Shown here one piece after another: positions 24,474 to 32,743 of a DNA stretch of 64,000 nt. The translations under genes and the position numbers were made by a program. The notes under the pieces were generated by a model. It saw only the letters and a list, made by a program, of their open reading frames with translations, ran no database searches and was not told the DNA's origin. Where the stretch lies: NCBI GenBank assembly GCA_963204795.1, contig CAUJHX010000182.1, forward strand, positions 56,903 to 120,902. Reading direction: 5' to 3'. How positions within the stretch are numbered: the first letter of the stretch is position 1; each line of letters begins with the position of its first letter. This DNA is from Pseudomonadota bacterium. GTDB lineage: Bacteria > Pseudomonadota > Gammaproteobacteria > Steroidobacterales > Steroidobacteraceae.

Positions 24474-24688
24474 AGCGAACCATCTACAAGTCGCGAGAGG
24501 AGCTATACCGAGCCGCGATGAGTATTGGCGGCGCTCTGCACGTAGTTGTGCTCCACGACGACGACTGCACCCCGGCGCGCTGCGTCTGCGAGCCGGAGTA
24601 TGTATTGGAGGAACTGACGACGGAGAATTACCTGAAGGGGCAGGCGGCGCAGGAAGAGTGGAAGAAGAAGAAGGGAGGCGCTGTATGA
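24470..24688 (+). CDS. small hypothetical protein (72 aa)
   Basis: GTGA overlap. Contains CTPARCVC. Confidence 0.5.
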   Translation: MKRTIYKSREELYRAAMSIGGALHVVVLHDDDCTPARCVCEPEYVLEELTTENYLKGQAAQEEWKKKKGGAV

Positions 24689-24930
24689 GACTGAACGAAC
24701 TGCGAGACACGAGCTACGAGATCGCCAAGAGCAAGGGCTGGCACGACGACGACATGAAGCGCTCGTTCGCCGACCTGATGGCGCTGGTGATCAGCGAGCT
24801 TGCCGAGGCGCTGGAAGAGCACCGGAAGGGATGCCCGCCAACGCGGGTGTACTTCGAGAAACCGGCGGTCGCTTTCGCGCGTGACGCGCTCGAAGCGCGC
24901 GCGGTCGAGCTGCTGTGGGGGCCGCGATGA
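24685..24930 (+). CDS. short MazG-like all-alpha NTP pyrophosphohydrolase-like protein
   Basis: 81 aa from ATG 24685 (ATGA overlap). LNELRDTSYEIAKSKGWH...LMALVISELAEALEEHRKG matches the N-terminal EExxE-type helix pattern of phage MazG-like proteins. It is shorter than I would expect. Confidence 0.45.
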   Translation: MRLNELRDTSYEIAKSKGWHDDDMKRSFADLMALVISELAEALEEHRKGCPPTRVYFEKPAVAFARDALEARAVELLWGPR

Positions 24931-25292
24931 GTGATCCCATCGAGAGCGCGGAGGACTTCGTGCGGCTGGTGTTCGCTGACGATGGTATCCCCGAGTACGA
25001 AGTCGAACATTCTAACCTCGGGCGCAATCTCGCCGATGGCATCCGGTCCCGCGACCGCGCGGTGAGGCGGGAGGCGCTCGCGGAGGCGGCGCGTTGGCTC
25101 GCTCAGAAGGTCGCCGACGTTCGCGAGGTAACGCGCGACTGCCGCCGCGAAGCCATCGCGCTCAAGGCTGCCGGGAAGGACTGGCAAGACGCTTTCCAGC
25201 GCGAGTGCCTTTCGGCGTCGCGATGCGGCGGGTTTGCCGACGCTGAGGCGCACTTCCGCGCCCTCGCCACCGGAGGCTCCGATGTCCGCTGA
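24927..25292 (+). CDS. hypothetical protein (121 aa)
   Basis: ATGA overlap. Starts MSDPIESAEDFVRLVF. Confidence 0.55.
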   Translation: MSDPIESAEDFVRLVFADDGIPEYEVEHSNLGRNLADGIRSRDRAVRREALAEAARWLAQKVADVREVTRDCRREAIALKAAGKDWQDAFQRECLSASRCGGFADAEAHFRALATGGSDVR

Positions 25293-25792
25293 CCTCTCCA
25301 CCGTCACCGTCTCCGACGTGATCGCCCGCCGCCCGTGCGGCGACTGGGCCGAGCGCATCCCGGCGCTGGTCGCACCGTACCGCCGCGAGCGGTGGAGCGC
25401 GCTGGAAATCCTGTCGCTCGATGGGGTGTCGGCCGAAGATCGCCTCTGGGTCTGCCTCCACGACTCGCTTGTGCCCAAAGCTAGAGATCGATCTCGGGCT
25501 CGGAAGGTTGGCCAGCCTGGTTCGCGCAACGGAGCCCGCCGAGTTCGGGCTCGGAATGATCCGGGTAACCCGGGCGCTGTGCTTTGCGGGCGATCCCGGG
25601 CATCCAGCCTCTCTTGTCAGTGGCACATCGACCACGCAGCAGACGGCAGGCTGGCTTCGGAGGTCGCTGGTCGAGTTGTGCTGGTGGGCCGGCAGCCTTG
25701 GCATATGCGGCGAAGAGCTGGAGCGCGCCATCGAGATCAAGCACGCCTACAACCGGACGCGAGAGCATCGGCATGGGGGCAAGAAACTATGA
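25282..25792 (+). CDS. hypothetical protein needing a +1 frame change near 25474-25480 (programmed shift, indel or pseudogene)
   Basis: ATG 25282 with a GGAGG RBS. By GC3, the coding signal follows the 25234 frame up to about 25479. It then continues in the 25421 frame to TGA 25792. The first frame has no stop there. Confidence 0.4.
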
Positions 25793-26166
25793 AGCGGAAG
25801 CTCGACCCGGAGAAGATCCGAGCCGGCGTAGCGGCTTGCGCTGCCGGGCTTGGTGTCCCCGTGGTTTCCGTTCGCAACCAGGCCAGCGTTGGAGAGCTAA
25901 GGGCGGCATGCGCGCCGTACATGGCTCTTGCGGCGTTGACACTAGAGGCAGGGGCCTTCGGGTACGCGCGCCTAGACAATGCGAGCGACGACGATGTCCT
26001 CGAAGTGATGATCGAGTTCTTGCGGGCGACCGAGGAGGTCTCGCCGGAGGAAGCAGCGCGCATGCGCTGCGCACTCGTGCCGCGCAAGGTGGTGCTGCAA
26101 GTTCTCGATGAGGTGCTTTCTGACTCCGAGACCTACGCCTTCGACGGGCTGTTCCAGAAGCGATGA
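25789..26166 (+). CDS. hypothetical protein (125 aa)
   Basis: ATG 25789 makes an ATGA overlap with the stop at 25792. Starts MKRKLDPEKIRAGVAACAAGLG. Confidence 0.55.
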   Translation: MKRKLDPEKIRAGVAACAAGLGVPVVSVRNQASVGELRAACAPYMALAALTLEAGAFGYARLDNASDDDVLEVMIEFLRATEEVSPEEAARMRCALVPRKVVLQVLDEVLSDSETYAFDGLFQKR

Positions 26167-26489
26167 GCCGCTGGTCCTTCCGCGTCGTGGTGCGGAGCAT
26201 GCTGTTCGCTCCCGCCTTGAGCAACGGGCACAGCGCGGAGTGCATCTGCTTTCTGTGCTGCAAGCCCGTAGAGATCGAGGTCACGGCGCCGCTGTGGTTC
26301 TCGGCGCGCACGAAGGCCTGTATCGAGGCGCGCCAGCGGCACGGCGAGGTCATCCGGATCTTGGAATGGAAGAGCCTGGCCCCCGAGGCCCCGGACGTGC
26401 TACCAGATGCGGGGAGGACACATGAGCAAACTGACCGAGCTGCTCGCCGAGCTGGCCGAGGAAGAGGGCCTCGACGCCGACGAGCTTGA
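26163..26489 (+). CDS. hypothetical Cys-containing protein (108 aa)
   Basis: ATGA overlap. Contains CICFLCC. The 3-prime end overlaps the next gene by 68 nt. Confidence 0.45.
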   Translation: MSRWSFRVVVRSMLFAPALSNGHSAECICFLCCKPVEIEVTAPLWFSARTKACIEARQRHGEVIRILEWKSLAPEAPDVLPDAGRTHEQTDRAARRAGRGRGPRRRRA

Positions 26490-26991
26490 AGCTCTGCTGG
26501 AGGTCGTGAAGCGCCGCAAGAAGGCGGCGACCAGCGATGAGCGCCCCGCGGCGCCCCTGGCTCGCGCCTCGCGCGAGGAACCGCCGGTGGAGTTCCCGGC
26601 CGGACCCAACCACGCTCGCGCCATCGAGCGCCGGGCCTCGGGACGCCTTGCCGTTGGTGACGCCCACCTGCGCGGCGTGCAGATGTATGGGCGCGAGACC
26701 TCTGCCCAGGCCTATGAGCGCTGGCTGGACCAGGAGCACGACGATCCCGAGGGCGTCTACGGCGCCGGCGGCGGGACCGCAGGCGGGATCTTCGGGGACG
26801 CGCCGGTGACCATGCCGGACTACGATCCGAGCGCCAGGCGCCGCACAGAGGCGGCGCAGGGCGGCGTGGCCATGGCGCGCCTGGGTGTGGTGCTGGAGCG
26901 GCTCTTGGACCGCGTGGACTCCCTGGAGGGGCGCCAGCGCTCCCCGGAGCTGCGCGGCCCAGATCCACGGCGGTTGCGAGGCAAACGGTGA
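26422..26991 (+). CDS. hypothetical protein (189 aa), acidic N-terminus
   Basis: ATG 26422 with a GGGGAGGA RBS. Starts MSKLTELLAELAEEEGLDADELEALLE. Confidence 0.55.
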   Translation: MSKLTELLAELAEEEGLDADELEALLEVVKRRKKAATSDERPAAPLARASREEPPVEFPAGPNHARAIERRASGRLAVGDAHLRGVQMYGRETSAQAYERWLDQEHDDPEGVYGAGGGTAGGIFGDAPVTMPDYDPSARRRTEAAQGGVAMARLGVVLERLLDRVDSLEGRQRSPELRGPDPRRLRGKR

Positions 26992-27182
26992 AGCCTGGGC
27001 TAGTAAACCTATTGAAGTCCCTGGGTTTTGTTGGATGCGAAGCCTGCGACGGCACGGGTGTTCGCGACGAGCGCGGCGCTGCGCCGTCGGAGTGCTCGGC
27101 CTGCGAGGGCTCCGGGGTGATTCGGCGCCCGAGCGAGACCTCACCCTCGCTGCACGACGATTTTCGGCCGGAAGCGCCTTGA
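26988..27182 (+). CDS. DnaJ-type zinc-finger mini-protein (2 x CXXCXGXG)
   Basis: 64 aa, GTGA overlap. Contains CEACDGTG and CSACEGSG. Confidence 0.55.
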   Translation: MKPGLVNLLKSLGFVGCEACDGTGVRDERGAAPSECSACEGSGVIRRPSETSPSLHDDFRPEAP

Positions 27183-27219
27183 CGGCGGTTCCACGTGAAA
27201 CAACGACGTAGGTAACCCA

Positions 27220-27765
27220 ATGAATTTGCAGACGTTAGCGGTCTTGCTCGCCATCGCCGGATGGATCACTGCCATCCTGCAGACCAGGAAAGTTGCCCGC
27301 GTCGCCGAGGACGGCAGGCTGGCCGAGTTCAGGGCCAAAGAAGAGGCCAAGGCGCTCAGGGCCAAGCTGGACTCCTTGGGGCCGCTGACCGAGGCAGCCA
27401 GCATCGCCGTCGCCGAAATCGAGCGCGAGCGCGACGCCCAGGCGAAGCTGGCCCAGGAGCGGTTCGACCTGATCGAGGGTGTCATCGAAGAAAAGCAGGT
27501 CATCTGGCGCATCTACCGCGACAGCACGCGCCAGGCTGGGGTCGCCCAGAACTGGCTGCTTCGCGAGTACAGCTCTGCGCTGCAGGCCTTGAACCACTAC
27601 CGCAAGAAAGCGGGGCAACCAGAGGTGTCCGCGCCGGCGCAGCTCACTGCGCTCGTGGCGGAGTTCGCGGCCGACGCAGCGAAGATCCCCGACCAGCCCC
27701 CCGCCACGCCGGGCACCCCGGGGCCAGAGACGGGGCCCAAAACGGCCGAGGCGCCGCCGGGTTGA
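27220..27765 (+). CDS. N-terminally anchored coiled-coil protein (181 aa)
   Basis: TM LQTLAVLLAIAGWITAILQT, followed by a heptad-rich region and a Pro-rich tail. Confidence 0.6.
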   Translation: MNLQTLAVLLAIAGWITAILQTRKVARVAEDGRLAEFRAKEEAKALRAKLDSLGPLTEAASIAVAEIERERDAQAKLAQERFDLIEGVIEEKQVIWRIYRDSTRQAGVAQNWLLREYSSALQALNHYRKKAGQPEVSAPAQLTALVAEFAADAAKIPDQPPATPGTPGPETGPKTAEAPPG

Positions 27766-27772
27766 TCAAGAC

Positions 27773-27801
27773 ATGACATATGAGCGCGCAGTGGTTACTG
27801 T
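27773..27801 (+). promoter_or_regulatory. promoter candidate, leaderless design, overlapping a hairpin
   Basis: ATGACA (27773-27778), N17, TACTGT (27796-27801), N9, ATG 27811. A GCGCGCA/TGCGCGC stem lies at 27784-27790 and 27801-27807. Confidence 0.45.
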
Positions 27802-27810
27802 GCGCGCCAC

Positions 27811-28602
27811 ATGTCCGACGATGAAGTGGAGCGCGACAGCGCGCCGGTGGGCGACGTTGTCGTCGAAGCCGAGGCCGAAGGCGACGAGGACTGGAGCCCG
27901 TTCGACGAGATCCAGGAGGACTTCAAGCCGGGGCCGGTGGTCAAGGTCACCGCGGCTGATGGCCTGCCGACATATGCGCCGCCGCTGCACGACGAGAGCG
28001 ACATCCCCGTGCTGTCGCCGGACACGCTGACTTGCATGGGCGACTTCTCGAAGTTCGTCTTGCGCGGGATCTTCGGCGACGTTGTTGCCGAGTTCGATCC
28101 GGCAGACGTCGAGCGCTCGCCGAGCGGCCGATGGCGAGCATCAAAGCGAGCGGTCATGGAAAAGATGAGCTTGGAGCTGCAGCGCGTGCGTCAGTACGGC
28201 GAAGCGCACGAGCTGCCCGTGCACCCCGACGACGAGCAGCTGCTCACTCAGCTTCTCGGAGGCGTCAACCCGGGCATGGCGGTCAATCATGCGTGGATCG
28301 AAGTGTTCCCGGTGCGCCCGCCGTGCAGGCACTACGCGCGACAGCTGACCCAATTCGAGCTGAACGCTCAGGCGAAGGTGATGCTGCGAGTGTGCGCGGC
28401 GCGGCGGACCACCGAGGGGGCATTCATGTCGCTCCGCGACCGAGCCATGTGGGCGTGCGAGCTTCGGGAGCCCCACGCGGAATCCAGCGCTCTGCTGGAC
28501 GACTTCGATACAGCGAAAATGCAGGAGGGTGCGCGCCGCGAGCACGTGCCCATCTTTTCTCAGGAACCAGGAATCTTTGGAGGCGAACATGGCGGAAAAT
28601 GA
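27811..28602 (+). CDS. hypothetical protein (263 aa), acidic N-terminus
   Basis: Starts MSDDEVERDSAPVGDVVVEAEAEGDEDW. No motif recognised. Confidence 0.6.
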   Translation: MSDDEVERDSAPVGDVVVEAEAEGDEDWSPFDEIQEDFKPGPVVKVTAADGLPTYAPPLHDESDIPVLSPDTLTCMGDFSKFVLRGIFGDVVAEFDPADVERSPSGRWRASKRAVMEKMSLELQRVRQYGEAHELPVHPDDEQLLTQLLGGVNPGMAVNHAWIEVFPVRPPCRHYARQLTQFELNAQAKVMLRVCAARRTTEGAFMSLRDRAMWACELREPHAESSALLDDFDTAKMQEGARREHVPIFSQEPGIFGGEHGGK

Positions 28603-29074
28603 GAGCAGCGAGATCGTCGAGACCGAGGGCGAGGAACAGCTGGAGGAAGAGGACGAGGAGGAAGAAGACGAGTTTCGGGTGCTCTTCGCGGAGGCCGAAG
28701 GCGAATCGAAGAGACTCAAGTCTCTCGCGATGAAGGCCGAGCAGGCCGGCGACGCTTCCGCGGCGGCGGTCTTGCGCGAGGTCGCCGGCGGCGTCGTGCA
28801 GCTGATCCAGGATCTCATCGCGACGACCGGTGGAACGATTCAGGACTTGCAGGCCGATGAAGAGGGCTCGCGGTTGGACGACGAGGACGCGGAGAAGCTC
28901 CACGGTCTCTTGGTCGCCTGTCGCAAGCTCGCACGAGAGGTCATGGCGGCCGGCGCCGTGGGCGACAGCAAGCAAGGGCTCGAAACCCTGGTCAAGCTCA
29001 TCGAGGACCAGATGGAGTTCGTGCTGGAGATCAGCGAGTACGAACCGAAGTCAGAGCAACCCGGAGCGAACTGA
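28589..29074 (+). CDS. very acidic helical protein (161 aa; scaffold-like or DNA-mimic-like)
   Basis: ATG 28589 with a GGAGG RBS. Starts MAENESSEIVETEGEEQLEEEDEEEEDEF. Confidence 0.6.
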   Translation: MAENESSEIVETEGEEQLEEEDEEEEDEFRVLFAEAEGESKRLKSLAMKAEQAGDASAAAVLREVAGGVVQLIQDLIATTGGTIQDLQADEEGSRLDDEDAEKLHGLLVACRKLAREVMAAGAVGDSKQGLETLVKLIEDQMEFVLEISEYEPKSEQPGAN

Positions 29075-29077
29075 TCC

Positions 29078-31516
29078 GTGGAACCAGACACCACTCAGGT
29101 CTTGGAGCAAGAGGCGGCCCTTCTCGGGCTGGGCGCGTCGGAATACGTCCAGATGACGCCGCGCGAGCGGACCTTCTACAAGATCCAGAGGACGAAGCGC
29201 TTGAAGGCCGAGGCGAAGCGACTCGGGGTGAACGCGGAGCGGTGGATGGAGCTGTCCGAAGAAGAGCGTGACGTAGAACGGAAGGAGGCGAGGCTTGCCG
29301 ACATCGCAAAGCGGCATGCCCCTCCTCCCGAGCCGGAGACTCCGCCAGAGCCGGCCGAGCCAGAAGTGGAGCCCGGTGACCGCGTGTACGCAGCTGACCC
29401 GGAAGTTCCTCCGGGCGAAGCAGATCCGTACCTGCGGTCCGGCGTGACCGTCGGGCGCATCACCGAAATCGATCCGCCGCCAGACATTCTCGGGACGGAG
29501 CGTGAGCGCCATCCGCGCACGTTGATGGATCTCTACAGCCGTTGGCCTGTTGGCGACGGCGAGCACTATGTCCGGGTCGAGCGCACGCAGCCGAAGCAGT
29601 GGCAACAGATCCCGTGCGCGGGCTACCTGGGCGATCTGCGCGAACCCATTTCAGAGAAGAAGTTTCAGCAGTGCTTCGGCGGGCGCGAGTACGAGCTGAC
29701 TTTGTATGGTCCCGATCCCAAGGGACGCACCGACCACACCACCGGGCTCACCCGGATCAAGGCGCTCACCAATCCCATCAAGCTCATCGTGCCGCTGCTC
29801 CCGCCCAACCTGGCGGTACTGCCGGCCATGCTCACGAACGAAGAAGCCAAGCAGGAGTCGCAAATGACGCAGCCGTGGAATCCATTCGCCCCCGCAGCCA
29901 TGCCCGCCGGGCCGCCGACGACCTCCGCCGACGCTCAGGTGCACAAGTCCAACGTCGACTTGGTGACGAACGTCCTCAAGATGACGCAGGAGGAGAACCG
30001 TGAGCTGCGCAAGGCTCGCGAGTCGGAAGGTAACGGCTCAAGCAAGCACATGCTCGACTGGCAGAAGGAGGTGCTGGAGGGCGTGCGCAAGGACGCCGAG
30101 TCGCGCGAGCGCATCCTGCGCGAAGAGCTTGCCGAGTCGCGGCGCATCGCGGAGAAGAAAGAGGAAGAGATCGAAAAGATCCGCCTGCAGATCCAGCAAG
30201 CGACAGGTCGCACCGACGGCACGGCCCTGGAGCTGGTGAAGACGCTGGGGACGAACGGCGCCGAGCGCGAAGCGCAGCGCGCCGAGTTCTACCGGCAGCA
30301 GCTGGAACAGGTGCGCGCCGCCCATCAGGATCTGATTCGCACGATGGAGGAACGTCAGAAGAGCGAGATCAACCGCGCCGACTCGCGGCTCAAGGAAGCC
30401 GACGACTACTACAAGAAGCTGCTCGACGAAGAGCGCCGCAAGGGCGAAGAGCGTGAGAAGCACCTGAAGGAAGAGCTGGAGCGGATCCGGCGTGACGAGC
30501 GCGACGCCGCCGAGGCTCGCGTGCGCGAAACGAAGGAGCGCTACGAAGAGCGTCTTCGCGATCAGGAGAAGTCCTTCGAGCGCGAGATCCGGACCGTCAA
30601 GGAGAACTGGGACACCAAGCTCAGCACGACGGTGTCGACGAAAGACTTCGAGCTGGCAGCTCTGCGCGAGCGGCTGGAAGAGGCCAAGGAAGAGGCGCAC
30701 GAGGCGCGCGCGAAGGCCGAAGAGAGCAATGACCCCATCACGGTCATGGAGAAGGCCAAGAAAAACGCCGAGGCCCTCGGCTACCAGAAGAGCGAGGACG
30801 CTCCGAAGACGCCGTGGGAGCGCTTCGCTGCGACGGCCGGCGCCGGGCTCGGCCAGGCGCTCCAAAACATCGACCAGTGGCTGCCCCAGGCAGCCGCGGC
30901 GCTCAGCGGCGGGCGCAACGCTCCCCAGCAGGCCCATATGCAGGGACTGGCCGCCGCGCCGACGCCGCCCCAACTCGCTGCCGCCGCTGCCGCCGCCAGG
31001 GCGACGCAGGCGCGCCGGCCGCGCGCAGTCGCTTGGGCTTCCGCTGGCCAGCCGCCCATCCCGGCGGAGGCGCCGGCGCAGCCGATGGGCTTCCAGCCGG
31101 AGCAACCGCAGCAGCCAGAGGCGGCAGCTGCACCCCCGGCGCAGCCGGTTCAACCCCACCAGCCCCAGCCGCAGGCAGGACCGCCTCCGGGACAGGTCCA
31201 GGTCGAGAACAAGCTCGGTCAGGTCTTCGGCGACGAGGCCGTGATGACCTTCCTGGGGCAGATGGAGATGGCGATCAACATGGGCATGGAGCCCGCCGAC
31301 TTCGCCCAGCGCTTCATCGCGGGCTATCGCGACGCCGCGATCCGCATGATTCAGCTGTACAAACCGGCCGACGTCACGAGCTTCGTGAAGACCTTGCCAG
31401 GGGCAGACATGAGCGCCATCTTGCGGCGCGATGGCGCGAAATTCGTCACGGGGCTCTGGTCGGCCATCGAAAAGCAAACCCAAGGCCCAGCGCAAGCCGC
31501 GCAGCCGTCCGCGTAA
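29078..31516 (+). CDS. large coiled-coil assembly/structural protein (812 aa), function unknown
   Basis: GTG start. Domain order: a globular N-terminal region (HYVRVERTQPKQWQQIPCAGYLGDL...GGREYELTLYGPDPKG), then a coiled coil of roughly 250 aa, then a Q/P/A-rich linker, then a C-terminal globular domain. Confidence 0.65.
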   Translation: MEPDTTQVLEQEAALLGLGASEYVQMTPRERTFYKIQRTKRLKAEAKRLGVNAERWMELSEEERDVERKEARLADIAKRHAPPPEPETPPEPAEPEVEPGDRVYAADPEVPPGEADPYLRSGVTVGRITEIDPPPDILGTERERHPRTLMDLYSRWPVGDGEHYVRVERTQPKQWQQIPCAGYLGDLREPISEKKFQQCFGGREYELTLYGPDPKGRTDHTTGLTRIKALTNPIKLIVPLLPPNLAVLPAMLTNEEAKQESQMTQPWNPFAPAAMPAGPPTTSADAQVHKSNVDLVTNVLKMTQEENRELRKARESEGNGSSKHMLDWQKEVLEGVRKDAESRERILREELAESRRIAEKKEEEIEKIRLQIQQATGRTDGTALELVKTLGTNGAEREAQRAEFYRQQLEQVRAAHQDLIRTMEERQKSEINRADSRLKEADDYYKKLLDEERRKGEEREKHLKEELERIRRDERDAAEARVRETKERYEERLRDQEKSFEREIRTVKENWDTKLSTTVSTKDFELAALRERLEEAKEEAHEARAKAEESNDPITVMEKAKKNAEALGYQKSEDAPKTPWERFAATAGAGLGQALQNIDQWLPQAAAALSGGRNAPQQAHMQGLAAAPTPPQLAAAAAAARATQARRPRAVAWASAGQPPIPAEAPAQPMGFQPEQPQQPEAAAAPPAQPVQPHQPQPQAGPPPGQVQVENKLGQVFGDEAVMTFLGQMEMAINMGMEPADFAQRFIAGYRDAAIRMIQLYKPADVTSFVKTLPGADMSAILRRDGAKFVTGLWSAIEKQTQGPAQAAQPSA

Positions 31517-31526
31517 CCGAAAGGAC

Positions 31527-31766
31527 GTGCTCCTGGAGCTACTTCGGCTCGCCGAGCGCGATCCGGAGAAGTTCATGGCGGCAGCGCGCGAGACCTGGGA
31601 CAGCCTGGGTCTTCCGGACCGGGAGCCCTTCAATCCGGGTCACCGTTGCGGACCGAAGTGCTGGCACAAGCAGGTTCCGTCGTGGGATCCGAAGAAGTCA
31701 GCCGAGGGCGCGCTCATGGACGTGGTGCGCGCGGCGGCCAAGTTCGCGAGGGAAAAGCTCTTGTAG
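31527..31766 (+). CDS. small hypothetical protein (start uncertain)
   Basis: In-frame GTG 31527 lies just after the upstream stop. Contains LLELLRLAERDPEKFMAAARETW. Confidence 0.35.
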   Translation: MLLELLRLAERDPEKFMAAARETWDSLGLPDREPFNPGHRCGPKCWHKQVPSWDPKKSAEGALMDVVRAAAKFAREKLL

Positions 31767-31776
31767 GCATATGCGC

Positions 31777-31805
31777 TTGAGCGGCTGCCGGGGACCAGAT
31801 AGAGT
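31777..31805 (+). promoter_or_regulatory. promoter candidate
   Basis: TTGAGC (31777-31782), N17, TAGAGT (31800-31805). GTG 31823 lies 17 nt downstream. Confidence 0.45.
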
Positions 31806-31822
31806 TCCCGGGCAAGCCTGGC

Positions 31823-32398
31823 GTGTCTGACGCTCATGCGACGGACACGTGTATGCAGTTCCCCGGTCTCACCCCCCAGCCGCCCGCGACTTTGTCGGGA
31901 TTCAACGGCGCCCCGGACACCGTCCGGGCGATGGTCCGGCAGGCGCAGGGGCTCCGCGGGGAGAAGTCCATGCTGGTCCGCTCCGTGGTCGAGCGGATCA
32001 CGGCCGGGCTCCAGCCGAAGGACTACCTCGGCGAGATGATCGCTGTGCGCAACTGGGTCGCGGAGAACGTGCGCTACCTGAACGACCCGCTGCACGTCGA
32101 GCTGGTGAAGGACCCGCAGCGCCTGATTGAAGAGGTCATGGCGTGGGGTAAGGCGTCGGCCGATTGCGACGAGATCGCGTGCCTCATCGGCACCATGTGC
32201 TTGCAGCTCGGGCGCGTCGTCGAGTTCGTGATCGTCGGCTTCGGCGAGCGCGGCAGCTACTCGCACGTGTTCTGCCGCGTGCTGGAGCCCAAGTCCAACA
32301 AGTGGGTGGTTCTCGACACGGTAGCGGGAACAGGTGAGCGCGGCATGCTCCAGCGCGTGACCACCTACAAGACCTGGAGCCTGGACGAGGCAGCATGA
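31823..32398 (+). CDS. transglutaminase-like (papain-fold) cysteine protease-domain protein
   Basis: 191 aa. SADCDEIACLIGTMCLQLG (Cys), SYSHVFCRV (His) and WVVLDTV (Asp) occur in the order and spacing typical of the transglutaminase-like core. Confidence 0.6.
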   Translation: MSDAHATDTCMQFPGLTPQPPATLSGFNGAPDTVRAMVRQAQGLRGEKSMLVRSVVERITAGLQPKDYLGEMIAVRNWVAENVRYLNDPLHVELVKDPQRLIEEVMAWGKASADCDEIACLIGTMCLQLGRVVEFVIVGFGERGSYSHVFCRVLEPKSNKWVVLDTVAGTGERGMLQRVTTYKTWSLDEAA

Positions 32399-32736
32399 CC
32401 TATCACAGTGGAATGGGCGCACTGCCAACCTGCGTGAGCCAAGCGGAGCATGACGCGGCTGTCATCGCCTGCAAGAAGACCCAAGTCAGAGGCATTGGCG
32501 CAGTCGCAGGGATCGATCCGTGCCAGCTCAAGCTGCTTCCGATCTGCACGTACGTGCGCTCGAACATCAGCACGACCTACGCGCCGCCCCCGCCGCCGGT
32601 GGACATCAGCACGCCTCCTGGTCCGCAGCCGGAAGACGCCGGCGACGAACCCAACTACGCGCTCTGGGGCGGACTCGGCTTGCTGCTGGTGGCCGCAGGC
32701 GGCTACGTCGTCTACAAGGCCACCAAGAAGAAATGA
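32395..32736 (+). CDS. tail-anchored membrane protein (113 aa), paralog of 46168-46842
   Basis: Starts MTYHSGMGA. Pro-rich linker. EPNYALWGGLGLLLVAAGGYVVYKATKKK at the C-terminus. ATGA overlap. Confidence 0.7.
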   Translation: MTYHSGMGALPTCVSQAEHDAAVIACKKTQVRGIGAVAGIDPCQLKLLPICTYVRSNISTTYAPPPPPVDISTPPGPQPEDAGDEPNYALWGGLGLLLVAAGGYVVYKATKKK

Positions 32737-32743
32737 GAACCGG

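Noticed and set aside
24685-25792. The idea that a MazG-like gene is split by a roughly 600-bp insertion (intron or mobile ORF). The N-terminal half would be at 24685-24930. A C-terminal-like helix ELERAIEIKHAYNRTR lies near 25720-25770.
   Set aside because: The similarity of the second piece to MazG C-termini is short and from memory only. No intron-like structure or homing-endonuclease motif lies between the pieces. The second piece is better explained as the C-terminus of the 25282 gene.
25234-26166. The 310-aa track ORF treated as one gene.
   Set aside because: Only its first about 80 and last 125 residues look coding. The middle is Arg-rich low-GC3 text that overlaps a better frame (25421 frame). 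I split it into 25282-25792 (with a frame change) and 25789-26166.
29078-31516. Calling the 812-aa protein a portal or tape-measure protein.
   Set aside because: There is no portal-like or TMP-like motif, no glycine-rich or TM segments typical of tape measures, and no neighbouring tail genes. A long coiled coil alone is not diagnostic.
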